Part shown: positions 20,235 to 29,954 of the stretch, piece after piece
Layout: each line of letters begins with the position of its first letter
Numbering within the stretch: the first letter of the stretch is position 1
Origin: an uncultured Granulosicoccaceae bacterium
GTDB lineage: Bacteria > Pseudomonadota > Gammaproteobacteria > Granulosicoccales > Granulosicoccaceae
Reading direction: 5' to 3'
Assembly: GCA_964594905.1 (NCBI GenBank)
Contig: CAZQOI010000006.1
Coordinates: 9,011-73,010 of the forward strand
DNA: 64,000 nt
Program-made: the position numbers and the translations under genes
The notes under the pieces: model-generated
The model's database searches: none
What the model saw: only the letters and a program-made list of their open reading frames with translations
Told to the model about the DNA's origin: nothing

Positions 20235-21398
20235 ATGAATAAGCCTTCAGCGGCGCATCCGTTCAATTTTGACCAAGTCATATCGCGCAAGGACACGGCC
20301 AGTATGAAATGGGACAAATACCGTAACCAGGACATCCTGCCGTTCTGGGTTGCCGATATGGATTTCGAAGTAGCGCCTGTCATTCTTCAGGCACTTACCG
20401 AGCGCATACAACATCCGATTTTCGGTTACACAGTAGTGCCCGATGGCTTGATTGAAGCTGTGCAAAAACATCTGGTCGATGAATACAGTTGGTCTGTTGA
20501 TCCTGATTGGCTAGTGTGGCTTCCGGGCGTGGTTACAGGTCTTGCAGCAAGTTGTCGTGCCTATTGCCCGGACGGTGGAGAAATACTGGTCAATCCACCC
20601 ATTTATCATCACTTCTATGATTCTCATTTAGCCGATCGACAAACGTTAACCAAAGTACCGCTACACAAAGTCAATGGACGATGGACCTATGACTTGGAAG
20701 CGATGGAGCGGGCCATTAATGCAAATACCAAAGTGTTTCTTATGTGCACGCCACATAACCCAACGGGTACAGTGTTTACCTTGGAGGAACTTGAGAAAGC
20801 CGCGTCACTGTGCAAACAACATGGCGTAGTTATGGTATCGGATGAAATACACTGCGATCTGGTCATTGACCAAGAGTCGCGGCATATTCCAACGGCTATG
20901 GCGGCACCAGATTACAGCGATCACATTGTCACGATAATGAGTGGTAGCAAGACATGGAATATAGCTGGGCTTAATTGTTCGTTTGCCATCATCAGTGATG
21001 CAGACTTACGATCGAAATTTCAATCTGCGTGTCAGTCGATAGTACCCATCGTACCGCCACTGGCATTTGAGGCCACACGAGCAGCATATGCTGAAGGCGG
21101 GCCTTGGCGTCAAGAGCTATTGTGTTACCTCGCGGGTAACTATGCTTACCTTAAAGAGGAATTCAAAACGATTGAGGGTATGAACCTTGAACCGATCGAG
21201 GCGACTTACCTGGCGTGGGTTGATGCGACTGGTCTTGGCTTGAGTGACACGCAAGCATTCTTCGAAAAACATGGGGTTGGTTTGTCAGGCGGCGAGCAGT
21301 TTGGTCAAGCACAATTTGTCAGAATCAATTTTGCGTGTCCGCGTAAAACGCTTGAACAAGGGATGGCGCGGATTCGTAAAGCGGTAGCGAGCCTTTAA
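20235..21398 (+). CDS. MalY/PatB family PLP-dependent C-S lyase
   Basis: WVADMDF, PHNPTG, SDEIH.DL, SKTWNIAGL, RINFACPR. Confidence 0.92.
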   Translation: MNKPSAAHPFNFDQVISRKDTASMKWDKYRNQDILPFWVADMDFEVAPVILQALTERIQHPIFGYTVVPDGLIEAVQKHLVDEYSWSVDPDWLVWLPGVVTGLAASCRAYCPDGGEILVNPPIYHHFYDSHLADRQTLTKVPLHKVNGRWTYDLEAMERAINANTKVFLMCTPHNPTGTVFTLEELEKAASLCKQHGVVMVSDEIHCDLVIDQESRHIPTAMAAPDYSDHIVTIMSGSKTWNIAGLNCSFAIISDADLRSKFQSACQSIVPIVPPLAFEATRAAYAEGGPWRQELLCYLAGNYAYLKEEFKTIEGMNLEPIEATYLAWVDATGLGLSDTQAFFEKHGVGLSGGEQFGQAQFVRINFACPRKTLEQGMARIRKAVASL

Positions 21399-21404
21399 CA
21401 GGCT

Positions 21405-22064
21405 TTATTCAACGGGCAACTTCATACTGCCATCGTCGATAGCCTTGAACAGATTCATCGTCATACGCGCGGATGCTCCCCATAACACTTCGCCATCGTA
21501 GGGTTCGTACACGATGATTGGGTGTTTGCTGGCAGCTCGGGGGTCTAATTCGTCGCGAGCGCGCAAGGTGAAATTCTCCCGCTGCCGAAGCCAGTCCAGG
21601 GGAATCGTAAAGGCTCGCGACACTTCGCTTTGCTGCAATGACAGCGGTAGAGGCCAGGTGAGAACTCCAACCACCGGAGTCACTTTGTAATAGCTGATGG
21701 TTGTGTACTCATAAAGCCGTCCTAGAAGTCTGATCCTTTCTGGGTGAACACCGATTTCCTCGTGCGTTTCTCGCAAGGCAGTTTCTTCTGGAGTTGTGTC
21801 GTCGGGATCTTTTCGGCCACCGGGGAAGGCGACCTGCCCACTGTGACGGTCTTTGTCATTAGCTGCACGCCTTATAAAAAGCAGCTGCCATTGTGAATCC
21901 TGCCATACTAATGGCATCAGTACAGCTGCTTCTCGCAGTGGTTTTTCAGGCAATGCGTCCAGGGGGATATCGGAATCCTTATGCAGGCCTTCGTTACCCT
22001 GTACGGCTAATTTACTGAGTTTGTCGTGCATCACTTGAGTATAGTGTGCCCAGATTCCGTTCAA
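21405..22064 (-). CDS. CoA pyrophosphatase (NudL-like Nudix)
   Basis: AAVL, HSGQVAFPGG, ALRETHEEIG, LWGASARM; start may be 22031. Confidence 0.88.
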   Translation of the reverse strand: MNGIWAHYTQVMHDKLSKLAVQGNEGLHKDSDIPLDALPEKPLREAAVLMPLVWQDSQWQLLFIRRAANDKDRHSGQVAFPGGRKDPDDTTPEETALRETHEEIGVHPERIRLLGRLYEYTTISYYKVTPVVGVLTWPLPLSLQQSEVSRAFTIPLDWLRQRENFTLRARDELDPRAASKHPIIVYEPYDGEVLWGASARMTMNLFKAIDDGSMKLPVE

Positions 22065-22083
22065 GCTGATTCAAGAAAAAACC

Positions 22084-22692
22084 ATGCATATCGATTTTGC
22101 GAGCCTAAAGCCACTGGAAGTCTACGCTGCCATGACACAGTCAGTTGTTCCACGCCCCGTCGCCTGGATCCTGACTGAGAATGACAATGCCAGTTTCAAT
22201 CTTGCACCTTACTCGTATTTCAATGCCATCAGTAGTGCACCGCCGATGGGTATTGTGTCGTTTACGGTGGCGCCGGATCGTGATGTCAAAGATACCCGCC
22301 ACAACCTTGAAGCCCGCGGCGATTGCGTGGTTCATATCGCGCACAAGGAGATGGCGGCTGCAATGACGGCGTCTGCTGCTACTACCGAACGCGATGTATC
22401 CGAGGTAACGGAGATAGGTCTGGAAACTGCCGAAATGCCTGGATCTCGCTTACCGCGACTGAAAGATGCCAGGGTGGCCTATGCAGGTAAGTTGGTCGAT
22501 ACCAAAATGATTAATCGGCAATGGCTGGCCTTTATCGAGTTCACCGATCTTTACCTCGCTGATGAAATCGTTACAGAGGATGCCAAAGGTCGTTTGAAGA
22601 TAGACGCGGCGAAGCTTGATCCTATTGGACGTCTCGGAGGTGGTGAATACATGACCTCTGGTGAGGTTATTTATATTGAGCGTCCTGCTTGA
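22084..22692 (+). CDS. Flavin reductase family protein
   Basis: VVPRPVAW, NLAPYSYFN, KDT..N, PIGRLGG. Confidence 0.88.
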   Translation: MHIDFASLKPLEVYAAMTQSVVPRPVAWILTENDNASFNLAPYSYFNAISSAPPMGIVSFTVAPDRDVKDTRHNLEARGDCVVHIAHKEMAAAMTASAATTERDVSEVTEIGLETAEMPGSRLPRLKDARVAYAGKLVDTKMINRQWLAFIEFTDLYLADEIVTEDAKGRLKIDAAKLDPIGRLGGGEYMTSGEVIYIERPA

Positions 22693-23369
22693 TGAAAAGC
22701 CGTGGCATCAAATTTGGGGTGCTGGGGTTGGTCGTTGTAGTACTGATTATCGTTTGGTCTGTGTTGCCGTTAAGTGAATGGATTGAGAAGTTTCGCTTAT
22801 GGATTCTTGAGCTCGGGCTTTTTGGTGTTATCGCATTTGCTGTTATCTATGTACTGTTGACAGTTGTTCTAGGTCCATCTTCAGCTTTGACCTTCGCTGC
22901 GGGTCTTGCTTACGGTTTTTGGGGGTTTCCTTTGGTCGTGGTGTCCGCGACAGTCGGTGCCGCTGCAGCATTTATTCTGGGTCGCTATGTTGCGCATCGA
23001 AAGGTACTGGCAATGGTAGAGCGCAATCCTCGATTAAATTCATTACATCAGGCTATCAGTGATGAGAGCTGGCGCGTAGTCGCGCTGCTTCGCCTCAGCC
23101 CTTTGATACCGTATGGCGTGCAGAACTATCTTTTCTCGGTAACCAATATCCCGTTTGTACCGTATGTAGTCGCGACCTTGTTCGGCATCATGCCTGCCAC
23201 CGCGCTGTATGTTTATATTGGGTCGCTTGGTTCTGCTGCAACGGGTGAAGGAGGGTTAATGAAATGGTCATTAGTCGCCGCGGGTCTTGTGGCTACCGCG
23301 CTGGTGGCATGGCTTGTAGGTAAGCGTGCCAGTGAGGTTCTAGCGCGTCATGAGCAAGGAAAAAACTGA
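22689..23369 (+). CDS. TVP38/TMEM64 (DedA/VTT) membrane protein
   Basis: LLRLSPLIPY..QNY, GIMPAT motif. Confidence 0.88.
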   Translation: MMKSRGIKFGVLGLVVVVLIIVWSVLPLSEWIEKFRLWILELGLFGVIAFAVIYVLLTVVLGPSSALTFAAGLAYGFWGFPLVVVSATVGAAAAFILGRYVAHRKVLAMVERNPRLNSLHQAISDESWRVVALLRLSPLIPYGVQNYLFSVTNIPFVPYVVATLFGIMPATALYVYIGSLGSAATGEGGLMKWSLVAAGLVATALVAWLVGKRASEVLARHEQGKN

Positions 23370-24337
23370 CTCTCTTGAAGATACTCGCTTAAGGAATCCT
23401 TGCAGAAGTTCATCATCTGAGTTTCAGTCGTTGATGGATAGCTGACGAGCCCGTCTTCACGTTGCTCGGTATTTGCTGCCAACAGTTTTGACTTTGGGTA
23501 CAACTGCACGAGCTTCTTGTGAAAGCCCTTGGGCAATCTGAAAACCCCCAAGCTTGCTGAGTGAATTCTGCTTGCATCAAGTTTACTGAACACCTCATTG
23601 AAGAATCGTTGGTAGATATCTTCAAAGTTGTCAGCATAGAGTAGTGGGTCGAATCGCAAGCCGATTTGCCATCCAGCATCTTGTAATGTCTTGAGCGACT
23701 CAAGGCGACGGGCGAGAGCTGGTGCCTGGTGTTCTTCAGCTGCAGCAATTTCTGCAGGCGACAAGCTATAAGCGACAACCACATTAGGTAACGGTGCACG
23801 AGCTAACAGTGGGCGAATTTGTGTGCTTTTGGTGCGTAATTCAAGAAACGCTTTGGGCGTTTGCGCAAAGAAATCAAGGCATTCATCAGTAAAGCCTGTA
23901 ATGGGGTCAAGCGCTAAAGAGTCGCAGTCGTAGCCTGAGAAAAACCAACTCGCCTCACTTGATTGCTCGCTAATCCTTGCAATGTCGGTGAAAAAATCCT
24001 CTGTGTTAACGAAAACCACATAGTTGGCGGAGCGGTACATGCCCTGCAGAAAGCAGTATCGGCAGTCGTAGATGCAATTGAGCATATGCGAGAAATAATA
24101 ATTTCGTGAACCGCCAATGTGGTAGCCCGGTGGTGTTGGCAAGGCGCGATTGCCAGACTTTTCAGCCAGTATTAGTGACGGGTGTTGTTTTTGTTCCCGG
24201 AAATTTTGGCTTGGCGCATTGAATACATCAGAATACCTATTGATCTTGATTTGGCGTGCTTGTGGAAACCTCTCAAGTACCGATTGAGTGCGAGCATGAT
24301 TGAATACACCGTTCTCGATATAAATCGTATCAATCAT
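23348..24337 (-). CDS. Spore photoproduct lyase-like radical SAM protein
   Basis: CIYDCRYCFLQ, ELRTKS, SLSP...EE..AP.L..RL, GLRFDPL. Confidence 0.85.
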   Translation of the reverse strand: MIDTIYIENGVFNHARTQSVLERFPQARQIKINRYSDVFNAPSQNFREQKQHPSLILAEKSGNRALPTPPGYHIGGSRNYYFSHMLNCIYDCRYCFLQGMYRSANYVVFVNTEDFFTDIARISEQSSEASWFFSGYDCDSLALDPITGFTDECLDFFAQTPKAFLELRTKSTQIRPLLARAPLPNVVVAYSLSPAEIAAAEEHQAPALARRLESLKTLQDAGWQIGLRFDPLLYADNFEDIYQRFFNEVFSKLDASRIHSASLGVFRLPKGFHKKLVQLYPKSKLLAANTEQREDGLVSYPSTTETQMMNFCKDSLSEYLQESQFFPCS

Positions 24338-24341
24338 ATGT

Positions 24342-25160
24342 TTAATAACTTATTCCGCTATCACTGATACGTGACTCGAGAAACGATTTGATATCGCGTG
24401 CATGCCCCTGCTTGGCGAGTTCATCGCTACTGGGTAAGCTTGCGCTATCCAGGGCGCTGATCCTTTGCAGAAGCCGTTTGATGCTGTGCGAATCGCTGAC
24501 GCTGATACGCGCAGTTGATGACATTTGTTTAATTAGCTGGTCTATGTCTCGATTTTCCTGCCAACTCGACGTTGGCTGCGCATGAAAATGATTAACCAGA
24601 GCTGTCACCTGTTGAAGGCAATTGCCAACCAAATCGCTGACGTCCTCCTTCTTTAACTTGGAGAAGTCAGATGTATGGTTGTCAGAGATTGTTTTCAGGC
24701 ACTGTATACGCGAGTTGTCGAGATATTTTGAAGCGGCAGTAAAAACACCTGAAGCCTCCATGTCAAAAACCAGGTCTGCTTGATAGTCGGCAGACGGTTT
24801 GTCAAGTGTATGGACGATGCTTGTGGGTGTGTCTTTCAGTACTCGGGTGGATGGTAGATGAGGATGCCACGCCTCCCCAGACGCATTATCCACGACAGTG
24901 CCTGCAATGAATCGGCTTCCGAGTTCGGCAGCGCCCCCAGCAATTCCAACATTGATAAGCGCGTCTATAAGGTCATTGCTTTGCAGTACTGCGGCGACAG
25001 CCGAAGCAGATTTCAGCTTACCGATGCCGGTTTCGACAAGGTAGACAGATTCGCCGTAGTAGCAGCGTAGACCTCTGGTTTTGCGCAGGCGCAGCTGAAA
25101 CTGTTCGATTAACGGCCTGGATTCGGCGGGAAGTGCAGTACACAGGCACACGATGTTCAT
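24342..25160 (-). CDS. MTA/SAH nucleosidase / nucleoside phosphorylase-fold protein
   Basis: TAL..E, TGIGK, INVGIAGG, DMEAS, KTISD. Confidence 0.75.
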   Translation of the reverse strand: MNIVCLCTALPAESRPLIEQFQLRLRKTRGLRCYYGESVYLVETGIGKLKSASAVAAVLQSNDLIDALINVGIAGGAAELGSRFIAGTVVDNASGEAWHPHLPSTRVLKDTPTSIVHTLDKPSADYQADLVFDMEASGVFTAASKYLDNSRIQCLKTISDNHTSDFSKLKKEDVSDLVGNCLQQVTALVNHFHAQPTSSWQENRDIDQLIKQMSSTARISVSDSHSIKRLLQRISALDSASLPSSDELAKQGHARDIKSFLESRISDSGISY

Positions 25161-25198
25161 CGGGGTATTATACCGACTGCATAGTAATGGAGAGTTTC

Positions 25199-25519
25199 AT
25201 GTTGATTTCGAACCTTGAATTTTTACCCGGGCGCAAGGTGGTCAAGCATCTCGGCCTGGTGCAGGGGAGTTCTGTGCGATCCAAGCATGTCGGACGTGAT
25301 ATTGCCGCATCTTTCAAGAACTTCTTTGGTGGTGAGTTACGCGGCTATACCGAGCTCCTGTCGGATTCTCGCGAAGAGGCGACTGAAAGACTGGTAGAAC
25401 AGGCGAGCAGTATTGGTGCTAATGCGGTACTTAATATTCGCTATAGCACCTCAAGTATTGCATCGGGAGCTGCGGAAATATTTGTTTACGGCACTGCTGT
25501 AGAGCTTGAGGATGTTTGA
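25199..25519 (+). CDS. YbjQ (UPF0145) family protein
   Basis: LGLVQGSSVRSKHVGRDI.A..KN.FGGELRGY..LL, GANAV. Confidence 0.9.
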   Translation: MLISNLEFLPGRKVVKHLGLVQGSSVRSKHVGRDIAASFKNFFGGELRGYTELLSDSREEATERLVEQASSIGANAVLNIRYSTSSIASGAAEIFVYGTAVELEDV

Positions 25520-25973
25520 TTTACTAGGCAACGGCTTTCTCGTTCTACTGCTGTTGGTGTTTGGCTACATTTTTGGCCGAATCGCTGAACGGCGACATCT
25601 CAAGCAATTGATCATTCGCGAAGAACAAGCCAACTCACTGCCAGCGATTGCCAGCCGACATGCGCCAGAGGATGAGCACTATGACTGTAAGCTTGTTTCA
25701 GGCAATGTTGTTATCGCGTCCGATTACTTCAAGTCTTTCATGGCCGGGATGATCAACATTTTTGGCGGGCGTGTTACGCCATTCGAATCCATGCTTGATC
25801 GGGCACGTCGCGAGGCCTTACTGCGTATGAAGTCACAAGCGAAATTGCATCATGCGCGTTATGTCTTTAATGTGAAGTTTGAAACCTCTCGCGTGTCGGT
25901 AGGGCAGCGCGGCGCGATGGAAGTTATGGCCTATGGCACTGCACTGATTCCTGAAGAACAACAGGGGCGTTAG
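25512..25973 (+). CDS. Membrane-anchored YbjQ-like protein
   Basis: N-terminal TM, LVSGNVVIASDYFK, FGGRV, LDRARREA, AYGTA. Confidence 0.85.
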   Translation: MFDLLGNGFLVLLLLVFGYIFGRIAERRHLKQLIIREEQANSLPAIASRHAPEDEHYDCKLVSGNVVIASDYFKSFMAGMINIFGGRVTPFESMLDRARREALLRMKSQAKLHHARYVFNVKFETSRVSVGQRGAMEVMAYGTALIPEEQQGR

Positions 25974-25976
25974 GCA

Positions 25977-26837
25977 ATGCGTTTTGAGAATCGCCAGGTC
26001 GCGGAAGGTATCAATGTAACCAAGGTGCACCCGCTTAAGCAGTTCATGCAACTGTTGATTGCAACTGTCGTTCTTGTGGTTATTGTTGTTGTTTTCTTGC
26101 AGGTATCAGGCGCCTGGTTGGCTAAACGTATTCCATTCGCTTTCGAAGTAAAGGTCATGAACAAGCTCGACTTTGAGTTCGGTGAGGCATCGCCGGATAG
26201 CGATATTCGCGAATATTTAAACGCCTTGGGAACAAAACTAGGTGCAGCAATGGAGCTGCCTGAAGGTATGACAACAACGATTCATTATTCCAATGATCCG
26301 GTCTTTAATGCGTTTGCCACGGTTGGTGGTAACTTGATGTTCTATCGTGGTCTACTCGAGGAGCTCCCTCACGAAAATGCATTGGCGATGGTTCTTGCAC
26401 ATGAAATAGCCCACGTGCAACATCGTGATCCAATTGCCGGATTTGGTGGGGGTATTGCAAGTTCCGTAGCGCTGTTGGCGATGGCAGGTAACTCAGGCAC
26501 TGGTCCGGCCGGCAAGGTACTAAACAATGCAGGTCTTCTTACCAGTATTCAGTTTACTCGCAGGATGGAAATTGAGGCAGATATAGCTGCCCTTACCGCG
26601 GTTAATGATGTGTACGGTCATGTAAACGGAGCCGATATGTTATTTCAGGTGCTCAAAAGCAAAAGTGCCTCTGATGGAAAAGTACCGGAAGCACTCAAAC
26701 GCTTTATTGAAACGCACCCGGCCTTGGACGACAGAATTGAGCGCATTTCGACTCGTACGAGTGAAGAGGGTTGGGATGCCGATGGCGAGATAACACCTCT
26801 ACCAGATGATTTCAAGAATTGGCTACAGTTGAATTAA
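25977..26837 (+). CDS. M48 family metallopeptidase
   Basis: NAFA..GG, VLAHEIAH, R.ME.EAD, THP...RI. Confidence 0.88.
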   Translation: MRFENRQVAEGINVTKVHPLKQFMQLLIATVVLVVIVVVFLQVSGAWLAKRIPFAFEVKVMNKLDFEFGEASPDSDIREYLNALGTKLGAAMELPEGMTTTIHYSNDPVFNAFATVGGNLMFYRGLLEELPHENALAMVLAHEIAHVQHRDPIAGFGGGIASSVALLAMAGNSGTGPAGKVLNNAGLLTSIQFTRRMEIEADIAALTAVNDVYGHVNGADMLFQVLKSKSASDGKVPEALKRFIETHPALDDRIERISTRTSEEGWDADGEITPLPDDFKNWLQLN

Positions 26838-27777
26838 GCCACCGATCTATCAAAAAGCGCGCAATCGAATCGGTTCGCGGTAACTGAAATTCGTAAGCCT
26901 CATTACCCCATGTTCCGAAGGTGCGTATCTCTTCTCGGCTGAACCATCGAGCATCGTCCAGTTCATTGGTATCTATGTTGATGGCGTTGCTCGTGGCATT
27001 TGCATGAAAGCCCAGCATGATAGATCTAGGGAATGGCCATGGTTGTGAAGCGATGTAACGAACATCATCTGTTTTGATTGAGGATTCTTCATAAACCTCG
27101 CGTTGCACAGCTTGCTCGAGTGATTCTCCCGGCTCCACAAACCCAGCAAGCGTCGAGAACACACCTGATGGCCAATTGGCATTGCGACCTAACAGGCATG
27201 TCTCGTCACCATTGTTTGCCACATGGGTAACCAGCATGATGACGGCAGGGTCGGTGCGTGGAAACGTGTTGTAGCCACAGGAGTCATTGGTGCAATGGCG
27301 CATATGACCGCCCATTTGGCTTTCCAGGGCATGGCCACAGCGATGGCAAAATCGGGTGTTGCGTTGCCAGTAAACCAGACCCCGTGCATAGGCTAGTAAA
27401 GCGCCGTCGTTAGCCGGAAGTGTTGGTCCGATGATTCTTAGATCGGCAAATTCTGCAGCCAGCGGCTGACCGTTGATTGTGGTCGCAACACTCCCAAGTT
27501 GCTCGCGTTGTGCGTCGCTCAGCTGTTCGGTGTCGATTGCAAAATAGGCGGTGTTCTTGTCCAATCCGAGAAATATGGGTTCCTCGTTTTCCAGCGTGTA
27601 CGATGCTGGCAGGGTTGCAATCTGGGGTTGACCCTTACCGGCGGCATAGCTGACCAGTGCCGTACCCTGCCAGATGGCTACCAGTCGCGTAGATGATTTG
27701 AGACGCAACTCGGCGAGGGCCTTGGAGTCCTTGCGTAAATGATCAGCGCGATCAAGAGCGCCGTGGGTGTAGAACAT
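26812..27777 (-). CDS. nudC: NAD(+) diphosphatase
   Basis: RFCHRCG zinc ribbon, FPRTDPAVIMLV, LAGFVEPGESLE, SQPWPFP. Confidence 0.93.
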   Translation of the reverse strand: MFYTHGALDRADHLRKDSKALAELRLKSSTRLVAIWQGTALVSYAAGKGQPQIATLPASYTLENEEPIFLGLDKNTAYFAIDTEQLSDAQREQLGSVATTINGQPLAAEFADLRIIGPTLPANDGALLAYARGLVYWQRNTRFCHRCGHALESQMGGHMRHCTNDSCGYNTFPRTDPAVIMLVTHVANNGDETCLLGRNANWPSGVFSTLAGFVEPGESLEQAVQREVYEESSIKTDDVRYIASQPWPFPRSIMLGFHANATSNAINIDTNELDDARWFSREEIRTFGTWGNEAYEFQLPRTDSIARFLIDRWLNSTVANS

Positions 27778-27842
27778 TGGTTTATCCAGCTCAGCTTATG
27801 CATGGTTTATCGAGTATACGTGTGCCTGTCTATACTGGAGCC

Positions 27843-28757
27843 ATGAATCGATCTGTTCTGCTGCGCGCGCAAGTTACCGCCTTTGTGTCAGGAGCTCTGT
27901 TGTGTCTGATATTCAGTAGCCAATTGCATGCTGATGAAGAAATAGCGCCGTCACTCAGCGCCAAACCGCGCTGGGAGATTGGAGTTGCTGGCGGTTATTT
28001 TTCAGGCTTTGACTATCCCGCATCAAACGATCCCAATCGTCGAGCAATCGCACTGCCGTACTTTATCTATCGGACACCGATATTTCGTGTTGGTGATGGT
28101 GGTGTTCGTGCTGTTGCGATCAAGCGACCTAAATGGAATCTGGATTTGTCGATCAGCGGTTCCCTGAATGCAAGCTCGGAGGGAAATCAGGCCCGTGTTG
28201 GTATGCCTGATCTGGATTTTCTATTTGAAATAGGGCCGCAACTCAAGGCACGAGTATTCGATAAGGAGTTAAGCGACGGTGGTCGACTGCAGCTTACCTT
28301 TACCACCGAGCTACGAGCTGTGTTCGCAACGGATTTTAAAGGCATTGACGGTGAAGGCTTTGTTGCGGAAGCCGGCCTCGGTCTGGTTCGACGAGGTTAT
28401 TTGAATGATCGTTTGACGCTGGTGGGCTTGGTAGACGTGACATTTGCCACAGAAGAATTACATGATTATTTCTATCAGGTTACACCTGAATTTGTGACCC
28501 CTGATCGGCCACTGCATGATGCACGTGGTGGCTACCTTGGAACGTCAGCGTTTGTTGGGCTTGGATTTCGTGCCAGCAAGCGCTTGAGGTTTTTTCTGGG
28601 TGGTGTTGCTGGATTCTATGGTGGTGCCGCAAACGATAACAGCGCGCTGCATGAAACCAATGAATCATTTGGGTATGTATTAGGAGTAAGCTGGACGCTA
28701 GCCGTGAGTAAAGAAATGATCGACGTATCAGATATTGAACTGTCGAGGAGTGAATAG
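27843..28757 (+). CDS. MipA/OmpV family outer membrane protein
   Basis: Signal peptide, WEIG, DYPAS, LPYFIYR, R.GMPDLD..EIGP. Confidence 0.75.
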   Translation: MNRSVLLRAQVTAFVSGALLCLIFSSQLHADEEIAPSLSAKPRWEIGVAGGYFSGFDYPASNDPNRRAIALPYFIYRTPIFRVGDGGVRAVAIKRPKWNLDLSISGSLNASSEGNQARVGMPDLDFLFEIGPQLKARVFDKELSDGGRLQLTFTTELRAVFATDFKGIDGEGFVAEAGLGLVRRGYLNDRLTLVGLVDVTFATEELHDYFYQVTPEFVTPDRPLHDARGGYLGTSAFVGLGFRASKRLRFFLGGVAGFYGGAANDNSALHETNESFGYVLGVSWTLAVSKEMIDVSDIELSRSE

Positions 28758-28760
28758 GCG

Positions 28761-29954
28761 TTGAAACTAGAGTCCTGTGAAACCTTTGTTGTTGGAAATC
28801 CGCCGCCACACTATGGTGGTCGATACTTTATCTTTGTAAAGATTCGTACGCAATGTGGTATCGAGGGTGTTGGCGAGGTCTATACCGCAACCTTCAGTCC
28901 TGCTGTCGTTGAGGCGATGATTGAAGATGTCTTCGAGAAACACTTTGCTGAAGCTGATCCCTTTCATATTGAAAAGCTCTGGCGTGCGGTTTACGGGCGT
29001 GGATATACCTTGCGCCCGGATTTATCCTTGATGAGTGTTTTAAGTGGGCTTGAAACAGCTTGCTGGGATATTGTTGGTAAATCGGTCGAAAAACCTGTCT
29101 ACGAATTGCTCGGTGGACGCGTTCACGATCGTCTGCGTAGCTATACCTATATCTATCCGCGTTTGGGTGAGGATGACTCAGTATATCTGGATCCTGACTT
29201 AGCGGCTGAACGAGCGCTCGAATATGTCGCGCTTGGCTTTACCGCGCTTAAGTTTGACCCTGCTGGCGCCTATACCGTGTACGACGGTCATCAGCCGACC
29301 ATGGCAGATCTGGATCGCTCTGAAAAATTTGTCAAAACCTTAAGAAAAGCAGTTGGCAACAAAGCTGATTTGTTGTTCGGCACGCATGGGCAGTTCACAA
29401 CGTCTGGCGCGATAAGATTAGCTAAAAGACTAGAGTTCAGTGATCCCTTGTGGTTCGAAGAGCCAACACCACCTGAGAACGCTCGCGAAATGGCAAGGGT
29501 TGCACGACAGACTTCAATTCCAATAGCGACAGGTGAACGACTAACCACCAAGTATGAGTTTGCCCGTGTGCTTGAGGAACAAGCAGCATCGATTTTGCAA
29601 ATGGCACTTGGGCGTGTTGGTGGATTATTGGAAGCGAAAAAAATTGCCAGTATCGCCGAGACTTACTATGCGCAAATTGCACCGCATTTATATTGTGGTC
29701 CGGTTGAAGGTGCCGCCAATGTGCAACTGGCAACGTGTACGCCAAATTTTTTGATTCTAGAAAGTATCGAGACCTGGGGTGGCTTTCATTCGGAGATTCT
29801 TAAATCGCCAATGCATTGGGAAGAAGGTTATGTGATACCTCCTACTGCCCCGGGTATAGGTGTCGAACTCGATGAAGTAGTTGCGAGAGCGAACCCTTAC
29901 ACAGGTACTGCGCTTCATCTGGAGATGAGTGAGGACGTCACCTTACCAAGCTGA
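28761..29954 (+). CDS. Mandelate racemase/muconate lactonizing enzyme family (enolase superfamily) dehydratase
   Basis: ACWDIVGK..PVYELLGG, KFD, GTHG, WFEEP, ATGERL, APH. Confidence 0.9.
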   Translation: MKLESCETFVVGNPPPHYGGRYFIFVKIRTQCGIEGVGEVYTATFSPAVVEAMIEDVFEKHFAEADPFHIEKLWRAVYGRGYTLRPDLSLMSVLSGLETACWDIVGKSVEKPVYELLGGRVHDRLRSYTYIYPRLGEDDSVYLDPDLAAERALEYVALGFTALKFDPAGAYTVYDGHQPTMADLDRSEKFVKTLRKAVGNKADLLFGTHGQFTTSGAIRLAKRLEFSDPLWFEEPTPPENAREMARVARQTSIPIATGERLTTKYEFARVLEEQAASILQMALGRVGGLLEAKKIASIAETYYAQIAPHLYCGPVEGAANVQLATCTPNFLILESIETWGGFHSEILKSPMHWEEGYVIPPTAPGIGVELDEVVARANPYTGTALHLEMSEDVTLPS

